Assembly (NCBI GenBank): GCA_963704575.1
Contig: OY969918.1
Coordinates: 3,479,122-3,543,121 of the forward strand
Direction of reading: 5' to 3'
Source of the DNA: an uncultured Acidobacteriota bacterium
Lineage (GTDB): Bacteria; Acidobacteriota; Vicinamibacteria; Vicinamibacterales; SCN-69-37
Length of the DNA stretch: 64,000 bases
Shown here: positions 47,088-56,061 of the stretch, in pieces
Layout of the letters: each line of letters starts with the position of its first letter
Numbering within the stretch: the stretch's first letter is position 1
Program-made: the position numbers and the translations under genes
Notes under the pieces: model-generated
What the model saw: only the letters and a program-made list of their open reading frames with translations
The model's database searches: none
What the model was told of the DNA's origin: nothing

Positions 47088-48017
47088 TTACCGGCCGCTG
47101 TCGTGCGGCTTCAACACGACAGGAATCAACTTCACGTACTTGACCGTGACGCCGTTGCGCATGGCCGGCTTGTACTGCCAGTTGCGGACGGCCGCGAGCA
47201 TCAGCGGATCGTAGGCGGGATGCGCGGACACGACGAACATCGACGACTCGACCTTGCCCTGCGCGTCGATGATGACGCGGAGCACGCCGCGGAACTCTCG
47301 CTGCTGCGTGACATTGGACGGGTGCCATTCCGGCGCCGGACAGTTCACGTCCACGGGCGGCGTGACGTCCTTGTCGTCCACCGAATAGATACGATCAGCG
47401 TCCGAACCGGCCGCGCCCTTTTCGTCGGCGGCGCGCGACGTCGGCGCCGGCGTGGGAACCGCCGGCTTCGCAGCCGCGGCGGCTTTCGCCGCGATTTGCA
47501 CGTCGGTCAGCTTCAGAAAGCCTTCGGCGAGCATCTTCAGGTCGCTCATCGACGCTTCCTGATCGGCGAGGTCGTCGTCTGCGAGCAATGTCGACAGCTC
47601 GTCGAATTGCGCCTTGGCCGCGTCGAAGTCGTTCTTCTCGAAACCCGCCTTCGCGCTCGCGTACAGATCGCGGACGACCGCCGGCAGCACGCGCTTGCGG
47701 ACGTCGTGGAATGTCGTCACCAGGCGCGGCGAGACTTCGGCCTCCGACATCTTGAACAGCGGACTGCGACGGACGAGTGTCTCGAGCGACTTCTGCACCT
47801 CGGCCGTTCGCCCGAGCGCGAGCAGACAGAGCGCGCGATACTCGTCCACCTCGTCGGCCGAGTCGCTGGGCTTCGGCGTCGTCAGGCTGGCAAGCGCCTC
47901 CTCGTACGCGCCAGACGCGTAGAGGGCCTTCGCCGAGGCGAGATCGCCCGTGGGCCGGCCTGCGACGTCCTGCGCGAGGAACATCGACAGCGCGACGGCG
48001 AGGATCGGTAGTGCCAT
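47088..48017 (-). CDS. secreted TPR-like protein with TonB_C-like C-terminal domain
   Basis: Signal peptide, helical repeats, a Pro/Ala linker and a C-terminal …RGVLRVIIDAQGKVESSMFVVSAHPAYDPLMLAAVRNWQYKPAMRNG motif (TonB C-terminal fold). Its start overlaps the upstream stop by 1 nt. Confidence 0.6.
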   Translation of the reverse strand: MALPILAVALSMFLAQDVAGRPTGDLASAKALYASGAYEEALASLTTPKPSDSADEVDEYRALCLLALGRTAEVQKSLETLVRRSPLFKMSEAEVSPRLVTTFHDVRKRVLPAVVRDLYASAKAGFEKNDFDAAKAQFDELSTLLADDDLADQEASMSDLKMLAEGFLKLTDVQIAAKAAAAAKPAVPTPAPTSRAADEKGAAGSDADRIYSVDDKDVTPPVDVNCPAPEWHPSNVTQQREFRGVLRVIIDAQGKVESSMFVVSAHPAYDPLMLAAVRNWQYKPAMRNGVTVKYVKLIPVVLKPHDSGR

Positions 48018-50023
48018 TACTTCCTCAAGTCAGTGACAATCCTCAGCGGACCCTTGGCCGTGACCGTCACGGTCTGACGTCGCTCTCCGAGCTGGGGATG
48101 CCGAAATACTAGCTCATGGTTTCCCAGCGTGACCTCGAGATTTGCAAGCGGGGTCGTGCCCACTTCCTTCCCGTCGACGAGGACGTTGGCCCAGGGCAGG
48201 GCGTTTACCGACAGCGACCCGTTCGGCACGGTGACGGGCGCCGTGACGGTCTTGCCGGGCTGGATGTCGACCGACGCCTTGGATTCGAAGCCCAACGCCG
48301 TGTTCCTCAGGTCGAGATCGTGGTGGCCGGCCGCCAGCATGATGCGGGCGGCGCTCGTCGTGCCGAGCAGATTCCCGCCCTCGAATACCTGCAGGTCGAA
48401 CGGCGCGGTGATCGTCAGCCATCCGGCGACCGTGCCGGCCGGGGCCATCGCGGCCATCACTGTGGACGTCGTGCCGGCGGACACGGTCACCGTCCGGCTG
48501 GCGGTCGTCGTGCCATCCGAGACGACGACGCTGTGTTGACCGGACGGAATCGGCAGCGTCAGCGGGGTGACTCCCCGGCGCGTGCCGTCAATCGACACGC
48601 GAGCGCCCGCGGGATCAGACGTCACTTCGAGCTGGCCCTGACCGGCGGGCAACGCCGCGTTCGCCGGCGCCGCCGCAGCCGCCGCGGCAGCGGCTTCGGT
48701 CGGCACGAGATGGATCGAGCGCATCCCGGCGTTGAGGGGCAGCATGACGGGCGTGGAACCGGCGCGCTTGCCGTCGACGATCACTTCAGCGCCGGCAATG
48801 TCCGATTCGACCAGCACGAGCGGGCCTGCGGCCACGGGAGCCGCGGCAACCTGGCGGCGCTGATATATCAGGCCGCCGATGACGACGGCTTCGACGAGTG
48901 CCAGGCCGCCGAGCGCGGCGACGATCCACCTGGTCGACGACGCGCGCCGAATGGCGACCGGCTCGGGCACCGTGTCGAACGCCGTTGGCGTCCTCACCGG
49001 CGCGGGTCCATCCTGACGCGGAAAATCGGGCGGCGCCATCGACTCGTGCGTCGTCCGGACGGACGCATTTGGCTCGATGGGTCCAGGATCCGGCAGCGCG
49101 TGCAGCGTGCGCTGCTTGGTTGGCGAGGGGGCCGGTTGCATGTCCATGTCCTCCGGCAGCTCGTGCAGGGCGTCCTGCGCGTCGAGCGCCGAGTCAAAAG
49201 CGAGTCCGTCGATTGCAAGCGCGTGCTCGAGCCACCAGCGGAGCCGGAGTGACGCGAGTGATCCGTGCCCGTCTTTCTGGCTGAATTCGTCGAGTAGCGC
49301 GGGGATGTTCCCCGGGTAATCCGCGGGATCCACGCGTCGGCCGACGAGCAGCGACAACGCCAGGAGTCCGAGCTGCAAGATGTCGGCCCGGCGATCGAGC
49401 GGTACATTGTCGCCCCGGACGACGGCCGCCAGGCCAAATTCCGATCGGAGGCGGCTCGGAGACAACTGGAGCGACTCGAGCGCCGAACCCATCACGTGGT
49501 CGACGATGACGAGCCGGCCTTCGGGGGTGACCACGATCCGATCGGCGGTGAGCGCGCCGTGGGCAATGCTGTCGTCCTGCTGATGAAGCGCCGCCAGCAC
49601 GGGCGTGAGCTGGCGGATGAGCTCTCTCGCGTAGGTGGGTCCGCGCGCATTCTGCACGATCTGCGACAGACGCGGCCCCGGCGTCTGGTTGGACACGAGC
49701 GCCAGCCCCTGGCCCTCGCCCAGCCATTCGATTGCGCGCACGCGGCCAATCGAGGGGTGGCTGAACGCGGCGAGTTGACGGAGCCGCTCCCGAAGCGCGG
49801 CTTCGAACGCCGGCACGCTGCTGAATTCCCTCTTGAATCTGAGGAGCTCGAGCGACGACGCGGTGCCGTTGTCGAACATCAACAAGCGGTCGCCGAATCC
49901 GTCCGACAACCCTGGCGTGTACCAGCTCGCCAGTCCAGACCGCGCGGTGGACGAGGGCGGGGAGTCTTCGACGTAGAAGCTGCCGGCGCGCTCCATCAAG
50001 CGGACCGCGCCATTTTCCACCAA
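48017..50023 (-). CDS. membrane pseudokinase with extracytoplasmic PEGA domains
   Basis: The kinase-like fold has degraded catalytic motifs: HGALTADR in place of HRDLKPxN, and VDHV in place of DFG. One TM (WIVAALGGLALVEAVVIGGLIY). At least three PEGA-type repeats (e.g. VTSDPAGARVSIDGTRRGVTPLTL). The start may be the internal Met at 49996. Confidence 0.7.
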   Translation of the reverse strand: MVENGAVRLMERAGSFYVEDSPPSSTARSGLASWYTPGLSDGFGDRLLMFDNGTASSLELLRFKREFSSVPAFEAALRERLRQLAAFSHPSIGRVRAIEWLGEGQGLALVSNQTPGPRLSQIVQNARGPTYARELIRQLTPVLAALHQQDDSIAHGALTADRIVVTPEGRLVIVDHVMGSALESLQLSPSRLRSEFGLAAVVRGDNVPLDRRADILQLGLLALSLLVGRRVDPADYPGNIPALLDEFSQKDGHGSLASLRLRWWLEHALAIDGLAFDSALDAQDALHELPEDMDMQPAPSPTKQRTLHALPDPGPIEPNASVRTTHESMAPPDFPRQDGPAPVRTPTAFDTVPEPVAIRRASSTRWIVAALGGLALVEAVVIGGLIYQRRQVAAAPVAAGPLVLVESDIAGAEVIVDGKRAGSTPVMLPLNAGMRSIHLVPTEAAAAAAAAAPANAALPAGQGQLEVTSDPAGARVSIDGTRRGVTPLTLPIPSGQHSVVVSDGTTTASRTVTVSAGTTSTVMAAMAPAGTVAGWLTITAPFDLQVFEGGNLLGTTSAARIMLAAGHHDLDLRNTALGFESKASVDIQPGKTVTAPVTVPNGSLSVNALPWANVLVDGKEVGTTPLANLEVTLGNHELVFRHPQLGERRQTVTVTAKGPLRIVTDLRK

Positions 50024-50067
50024 AGCCCCAGCTAGTACAAGAGCGGATTCTGCGGTACCTTAGGCGC

Positions 50068-50739
50068 ATGCCGACGGATCTCGACCATGTCGAGTTTGCC
50101 GAGAATCCGGATCCGCGGTGTCCCTGCGTGCTGCTGCTCGACGTGTCGGCATCGATGCACGGCGAGTCGATCGCGGCCCTCAACGACGGCCTGCGGGCGT
50201 TCCAGCGACAAGTCTCCGGCGACCTCGTGGCCGGCCGGCGGGTCGAGATCGCCATCGTCACGTTCGGATCCACGGCACAGATCGTCCAGGACTTCGTGAC
50301 GGTCGATCAGTTCGTCGCGTCGGACCTCACGGCGAACGGCCAGACGTTTCTCGGCGCCGGCATCCAGACGGCGTTGAACCTCCTCGAACAGCGCAAGACC
50401 GTTTATCGCAACAGCGGAGTGGCGTATTACCGTCCGTGGGTGTTTCTCATCACCGACGGCGCACCGCTCGGCGAGCCGGACCCGGTGGTTGAGGCCGCGC
50501 GCGACCGATTGCTGGCGGAACAGCAGGCCAGCAAACTCGTGTTTTTCGCCGTCGGTACCGAGACGGCCGACTTCGCCAAGCTCGCGACCTTCACGCTGCC
50601 CGCCAGGCCGCCGCTGCAGTTGAAGGGCACGCGATTTGTCGAGTTGTTCGAGTGGCTGTCGAAAAGCCAGCAGGCTGTGGCGCAGTCGCGGCCCGGCGAG
50701 CAGGTCCCGCTCCCTCCCGCAGGCTGGGCGTCGGTCTAG
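50068..50739 (+). CDS. vWA domain protein (TerY-like)
   Basis: MIDAS residues LLLDVSASM … T … ITDGAP. The size and pattern match TerY/YegL-type vWA proteins. Confidence 0.85.
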   Translation: MPTDLDHVEFAENPDPRCPCVLLLDVSASMHGESIAALNDGLRAFQRQVSGDLVAGRRVEIAIVTFGSTAQIVQDFVTVDQFVASDLTANGQTFLGAGIQTALNLLEQRKTVYRNSGVAYYRPWVFLITDGAPLGEPDPVVEAARDRLLAEQQASKLVFFAVGTETADFAKLATFTLPARPPLQLKGTRFVELFEWLSKSQQAVAQSRPGEQVPLPPAGWASV

Positions 50740-50744
50740 ACCCT

Positions 50745-51494
50745 ATGTGGCGGAGCGTCGGGGCGAAAGCGACTGGACTCTCGCATGCCACGACCGGGCT
50801 CCCCTGCCAGGACGCGTTCGCGTACGCGTCGCTTGGGCCAAGTCTGACCACGATTGCTGTCGCTGATGGCGCCGGGTCGGCGCCCTTCTCGAAGTCCGGC
50901 GCGGAGATCTCAGTCGCGCGCGCCGTCCAGTACCTCCGCAACGTCGGCGAGCTGCTAGGCACGGCCGGCGACGTCTGGGCGTTCGCCGTTCGTGGCGCGT
51001 TCGACGCGGCTCGAGCGTCCGTCCTCGATTTCGGCCGCTCGCAAGGCATCGAGGCGAACGATCTGGCGACAACGCTCCAAGTGGTTCTTCTCGGCCACAA
51101 CGCGTGCTGCTACGGCCGGGTCGGCGACGGCGGTGGCGTGGGCCGGATCGCCGGCGCGCTCGTCCCGCTCGGTCCCGCGCCCCAGAACGGCTACGCCAAC
51201 GAAACGCTCTTCCTGACGTCGCCCGCGGTCGAGCCCGACGTCGTGTTTCACGGCAAGCACATGTCGGCCTGCGCGGTCTTCACCGACGGCATCCAGCATC
51301 TGGCGATGCAGCTCGCGCAATGGAAACCGCACGATCCGTTTTTCAATCCGCTTTTCGAATTCGTGCGCACCAGCCCGGACATGGCCGCGGTGGAAGGCAG
51401 CCTGACGGATCTGCTGAGCGCCGATCGCTTCGATCGCCGCACCGACGACGACCGAACGCTTGTGATCTCGGTCTGGACCGAAGATGCGGCCTGA
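50745..51494 (+). CDS. PP2C-family protein phosphatase (TerY-P/YegK-type)
   Basis: …GLSHATTGLPCQDAF…IAVADGAGSAPFSKSGAE…VFTDGI… Starts 5 nt after the vWA stop. Confidence 0.8.
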   Translation: MWRSVGAKATGLSHATTGLPCQDAFAYASLGPSLTTIAVADGAGSAPFSKSGAEISVARAVQYLRNVGELLGTAGDVWAFAVRGAFDAARASVLDFGRSQGIEANDLATTLQVVLLGHNACCYGRVGDGGGVGRIAGALVPLGPAPQNGYANETLFLTSPAVEPDVVFHGKHMSACAVFTDGIQHLAMQLAQWKPHDPFFNPLFEFVRTSPDMAAVEGSLTDLLSADRFDRRTDDDRTLVISVWTEDAA

Positions 51495-52632
51495 CGTCGG
51501 GTCAACGCTCGAGCTCGGCGAATGCCTGGGCCAGGGCGGTGAGGCGCGCGTCTTCGCGCTGAAGTCGAATCCGGACATGGCGGCGAAGCTGTATCACCAT
51601 CCAACAGCTGAACGGAGCCAGAAGCTCGCGGTGATGATCGCGCACCCGCCGGCGCAGCTGACCGTGAACGGCCAGCCGGTGCTCGCGTGGCCGACCGAGC
51701 GGATCTTCGCCCGGATCGATACCGGACCTGTCACGGGATTTCTGATGCCGCGCGTAGCGGCCGGTGTGCCCGCGGTCCTTCTCTACAACACGAAGAGCCG
51801 GCTCGCGAGCCAGCCAGGATTCAACTGGCGCTATCTCGTCCGTGCCGCGATGAATCTCTCGCTGACATTTCAAAAGGTGCACGACAGCGGCTACGTCGTC
51901 GGCGACGTGAACGATCAGGGCGTCCTCGTGACCGAGAGCGCGGTGGTCGCGCTCGTGGACTGCGACTCGTTTCAGGTCACCGATCCGCGGACCGGCCAGG
52001 TGTTCCGCAGCACGGTCGGCACGAGCCTGTTCACGCCGCCCGAGTTGATGGGACGCAGTTTCGCGGCGATCGATCGCACGCAGAATCACGACCTGTTCGG
52101 GCTGGCGGTGATCATCTACCAGTTCCTGATGGGCTGTCATCCGTTCCAGGTGAAGCTGCCGGCCGGACAGGACATGTTCGAGATTGAAGACTGCATCAAG
52201 CGCGGCCTCTATCCGGACGTTGCGCCGGCGGCCGCGCAATCGCCGGCGTCGCCGCCGCTGTACGTGTTGCCGCGCACGACGCGGGCGCTCTTTCGCGCGG
52301 CGTTCGGCCTCGCCGGAGACGATCGTCCAACGGCGGCGATGTGGACGCAGGAGCTGTGGTCGATCGATCGGTCGCTCCGTCTCTGCGCGACGAACGCCAA
52401 TCACTACTTTTCGAGTCATCTGACGAACTGCCCCTGGTGCGATCGCGCCGCGTCACTCGGCGGACGCGACGCGTTTCCGTCGGCCGACGCGATTCGGCGC
52501 GGCGACCATCTCGCTCGACCGGCGACGTCGTCCCGTCATTGGGTGATGCGGCCGCCACGACCGCGCGGCGTACCCTTCGGTTCCCCGCAGTCGGCGCGCA
52601 CGAACTACGTGGGGCGGCTGAAGCGATCGTGA
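51484..52632 (+). CDS. Ser/Thr protein kinase (YegI-like) with C-terminal Cys-rich zinc-ribbon-like tail
   Basis: LGQGGEARVF…AAKLY (P-loop/Lys), VVGDVNDQGVLV (catalytic loop), VDCDSF, GTSLFTPPE, then …LCATNANHYF…CPWC. Overlaps the phosphatase gene by 11 nt. Confidence 0.8.
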   Translation: MRPDVGSTLELGECLGQGGEARVFALKSNPDMAAKLYHHPTAERSQKLAVMIAHPPAQLTVNGQPVLAWPTERIFARIDTGPVTGFLMPRVAAGVPAVLLYNTKSRLASQPGFNWRYLVRAAMNLSLTFQKVHDSGYVVGDVNDQGVLVTESAVVALVDCDSFQVTDPRTGQVFRSTVGTSLFTPPELMGRSFAAIDRTQNHDLFGLAVIIYQFLMGCHPFQVKLPAGQDMFEIEDCIKRGLYPDVAPAAAQSPASPPLYVLPRTTRALFRAAFGLAGDDRPTAAMWTQELWSIDRSLRLCATNANHYFSSHLTNCPWCDRAASLGGRDAFPSADAIRRGDHLARPATSSRHWVMRPPRPRGVPFGSPQSARTNYVGRLKRS

Positions 52633-53381
52633 CGGACACGACCAGCCAGGTTTCCTCATCCGGAGGATTCGCCCGATGGCTGCGCGCCCTGACTGTTGGC
52701 GTCCTCGCGGCTCTCGCCATTGGCGTCGTCGCAACGATCGTCGCCGCCCTCGTGCTCGACTTTCGCGGGATGTCCGAGTTCGAAGGCCAACGCAGCATGT
52801 TTGCGGCAATAGTGCTCGGTCCAGCCGGCGCGCTGCTGGGACTCGTCACGGGCATCGCGTTTGGTCAGCGCCCCGGATCGGGCATTGGTCACATTTTTCG
52901 CCAGTTGGGATTGGCGATCGCGACGATGGCTGGCGTCATTGCGGCGGTCGCAATCTGGGGCCTGGTCACGGCCAATCGCCCGCCGAAGCTCGACGGCAAA
53001 AAGCTGGCCCTCGAGTTCGAGGTGAAGATCCCGTCGACGAGCGCGCTGCCCGCCGACCTTTCTGGCGCGAATTTCACGGCGAATCTCCAGACCACAGACT
53101 CGGACAACCGGTTCGCGACGCTCGAGTTCGACAAAGTGCGCACCGAAGACGGCGCGCGTTTGCTTACCGGCGCCGCGGACTTGTACACACGGAGCGTCAA
53201 GCGTCGCCTGCTCATCGGCACGTGGCCGTCACAGGTCTTCGACATCGAGCTGCCTGCATCACCTGCACAGGCGCACTTCGAGTGGAGCGCATGGATCGCG
53301 CCGACGGCGTTTGCCGATTTGTCGCCGGTGCCGGCCGCCGAGCAGTTCGCGGTGAGATACCGGGTGCAGTTCGCGAAGTAG
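52629..53381 (+). CDS. hypothetical 3-TM membrane protein with ~150-aa soluble C-terminal domain
   Basis: The GTG start overlaps the kinase TGA (GTGA at 52629-52632). TM segments are WLRALTVGVLAALAIGVVATIVAALVL, MFAAIVLGPAGALLGLVTGIAFG and LGLAIATMAGVIAAVAIWGLV. No family recognised. Confidence 0.6.
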   Translation: MTDTTSQVSSSGGFARWLRALTVGVLAALAIGVVATIVAALVLDFRGMSEFEGQRSMFAAIVLGPAGALLGLVTGIAFGQRPGSGIGHIFRQLGLAIATMAGVIAAVAIWGLVTANRPPKLDGKKLALEFEVKIPSTSALPADLSGANFTANLQTTDSDNRFATLEFDKVRTEDGARLLTGAADLYTRSVKRRLLIGTWPSQVFDIELPASPAQAHFEWSAWIAPTAFADLSPVPAAEQFAVRYRVQFAK

Positions 53382-53408
53382 CCCGTAGCTCCGTGTACTT
53401 ACCGTAGG

Positions 53409-53414
53409 TATAAT
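53409..53414 (+). promoter_or_regulatory. candidate -10 box (TATAAT)
   Basis: A perfect TATAAT 35 nt upstream of the ATG at 53449, with GGAGGA as Shine-Dalgarno. The -35 is weak. Confidence 0.25.
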
Positions 53415-53448
53415 CGCGCCACCGCGGAAGTCAGCTGGAGGATCACTC

Positions 53449-56046
53449 ATGTCAGGTCAGCGAACATCGGCCGGTTGGATGCTGGCGATCGCCGCCACGG
53501 CGGCGTTTGTCGTCGGCGCGTCGGGCCAGGAAGTCGTGTCGCGCGGCGTGGTCACGCCAGACCACCCGATCTGGGCCCAGGATCCCCAGACGCCGCCACC
53601 ACCGCAGGAGCAGGAGGCCGGCACGGGTCGTGCGGCCGGGCGTGGCAATCAGGCCCCCGCGCCACGACCGTACAACCAGGTGATCACCTCCGCGGCCAAG
53701 ACCGATGAAGGCGTCTTCAAGATTCATCGCATTGGCGATTCGCTCTACTACGAGATTCCGAAAGCCGAGCTGAACAAGGACTACCTCTGGGTCACGCAGA
53801 TCAAGAAGACGACGATCGGCGTCGGCTACGGCGGCCAGGCGGCGGGCAGCCGCGTCGTCCGATGGGTACAGAAGGGCGATCACGTCCTGCTGCAGAACAT
53901 CGATTACAGCGTCATCGCCGATCCGGCGACGCCCATCGCGCAGGCGGTAGACGACGCGAATTATCCGGCGATCATCCGCGTGTTCAACGTCGCCGCGTAC
54001 GCGCCGTCCGGCGATCCGGTGATCGACGTCACGTCGCTCTTCATGACCGACGTGCCGGAATTCTCAGTGCGCACGCGGATCGGCGGCCGAGGCTACGACG
54101 CGACACGGTCGTTCCTCGAGAAGGCCATCTCGTTTCCGCAGAACATCGACGTCGAAGTCACGCAGACGTTCACGGGCAACACCGACGCTGCGGCGGCCGC
54201 CGGCGGCGGCCGTGCGGGCGGCCGCGCCACTGGCATGCGCGGCGCGTCGGGCACCGTGCTCACTTACCACAGCATGATCAAGCTGCCCGAGAAGCCGATG
54301 ATGCCGCGGCTCTTCGATGAGCGCGTCGGCTACTTCACACAAGGCACGACCGATTACGGCACCGAGGAACACAAGTCGGTGCCGAAGCGCTTCATCACGC
54401 GGTACCGGCTCGAGAAGAAAGATCCGAACGCGGCGATGTCCGAACCGGTGAAGCCGATCGTCTATTACATCGATCCCGCCACGCCGACCAAGTGGGTGCC
54501 GTACCTCAAGCAGGGCATCGAGGACTGGCAGGTCGCGTTCGAAGCGGCGGGATTCAAGAACGCGATTGTCGCGCGCGACGCGCCGAAGAACGATCCGGAT
54601 TGGGCGCCCGAAGACGTTCGCTACTCAGTCGTCCGCTGGCTGCCATCGACGACGGAAAATGCCTCGGGGCCGAACGTGCACGATCCGCGCACGGGTGAAA
54701 TTCTCGACGCGGACATCCAGTTCTACCACAACGTCCAGAACCTCACGCGCGACTGGTATTTCCTGCAGGTCGGCCCGCTCGATCCGCGCGCGGCCACGCT
54801 GCCGCTGCCCGACGAGCTGATGGGCCGGCTGATGCGCTACGTGCTCTCGCACGAAATCGGTCACACGCTCGGCTTCCAGCACAACATGAAATCGAGCTCG
54901 ACGTACACGATCGAGCAGATCCGCGACCCCGCGTGGGTGAAGGTCAACGGCCACACGCCGTCGATCATGGACTACTCGCGTTTCAACTACGTCGCCCAGC
55001 CGGAAGATCACATCGCGGTCGACGATCTCGTCCCGAAGATCGGTCCGTACGACAAATGGGCGACCCACTGGGGCTACGCCCCGATTCCGGGCGCGACGAC
55101 GTCCGACATGGAGAAGACGACGCTCGACAAGTGGGCGCGCGAGCAGGACGAAAAACCGTACCTGCGATTCTCGACCGAAGGCCAGAACGGCACCGACCCC
55201 GGTGACGAGACGGAAGCCGTCGGCGACATCGATGCCGTGACCGCGACGCGCCTCGGCATCAAGAACCTGTCGCGCGTGTCCGAGATGCTGATCGGCGCGA
55301 CGAGCACGCACGTCGGCGATCCGTGGGACGACCTCGAAGAAGTCTACGGGCGCATGGTCGGCCAGTGGACGACCGAGATGAACCACGTCGTCCACGTCGT
55401 CGGCGGGTTGAACTCGCAGCAGAAGCACATCGGCCAGGAGGGCGTGCGATTCACGACGGTTGCGCGGGTCAAGCAGCAGGAGGCCGTGCAGTTCCTGGTC
55501 GCGAATGCGTTCAAGACGCCGCAGTTCATGATCCGGCCGGAAATTCTGCGCCGGATCCAGGCGACGGGCATCGTCGACCGCGTGCGCACGTCGCAGGCGT
55601 CCATTCTCGGCGGCCTGTTGCAACCATCGCGGCTCGATCGCATGGTCGAACAGGTCGCGCTCGATGGCGCGGTCGCGTATCCGCCCGTGATGTTCCTGGG
55701 CGACCTGCGCAAGGGCATCTGGGTCGAGCTCGACACGCCCGCCACGCCGATCGACATCTACCGGCGCAACCTGCAGCGGTCGTATCTCTCGACGATCGAC
55801 AACCGGCTGAACGAGGGCGCCACCGAACCGAGCGATGAAGTGCGATCGCTCCTCAAGGGCGAGCTGCGCGCGCTCGATAAGCAGCTTCAGGCCGCACTAC
55901 CGGCGGTCACAGACGAAGTGACGAAGCGACACCTGCAGGATTCGCGGGATGAGATCACGCGCATCCTCGATCCGCGGGCGATGCGCACGCGGCCGAACGC
56001 GGCCGCTGGCGGAGCGGGCGGACGCGGCGGCGGTACGCGGCCATAA
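53449..56046 (+). CDS. secreted zinc-dependent metalloprotease (DUF5117/DUF4953 met-zincin type)
   Basis: Signal peptide; HEXXH in LSHEIGHTLGFQHN; IMDY downstream; large flanking beta-rich domains. Confidence 0.85.
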   Translation: MSGQRTSAGWMLAIAATAAFVVGASGQEVVSRGVVTPDHPIWAQDPQTPPPPQEQEAGTGRAAGRGNQAPAPRPYNQVITSAAKTDEGVFKIHRIGDSLYYEIPKAELNKDYLWVTQIKKTTIGVGYGGQAAGSRVVRWVQKGDHVLLQNIDYSVIADPATPIAQAVDDANYPAIIRVFNVAAYAPSGDPVIDVTSLFMTDVPEFSVRTRIGGRGYDATRSFLEKAISFPQNIDVEVTQTFTGNTDAAAAAGGGRAGGRATGMRGASGTVLTYHSMIKLPEKPMMPRLFDERVGYFTQGTTDYGTEEHKSVPKRFITRYRLEKKDPNAAMSEPVKPIVYYIDPATPTKWVPYLKQGIEDWQVAFEAAGFKNAIVARDAPKNDPDWAPEDVRYSVVRWLPSTTENASGPNVHDPRTGEILDADIQFYHNVQNLTRDWYFLQVGPLDPRAATLPLPDELMGRLMRYVLSHEIGHTLGFQHNMKSSSTYTIEQIRDPAWVKVNGHTPSIMDYSRFNYVAQPEDHIAVDDLVPKIGPYDKWATHWGYAPIPGATTSDMEKTTLDKWAREQDEKPYLRFSTEGQNGTDPGDETEAVGDIDAVTATRLGIKNLSRVSEMLIGATSTHVGDPWDDLEEVYGRMVGQWTTEMNHVVHVVGGLNSQQKHIGQEGVRFTTVARVKQQEAVQFLVANAFKTPQFMIRPEILRRIQATGIVDRVRTSQASILGGLLQPSRLDRMVEQVALDGAVAYPPVMFLGDLRKGIWVELDTPATPIDIYRRNLQRSYLSTIDNRLNEGATEPSDEVRSLLKGELRALDKQLQAALPAVTDEVTKRHLQDSRDEITRILDPRAMRTRPNAAAGGAGGRGGGTRP

Positions 56047-56061
56047 GCCGCGCCCGTCGCG

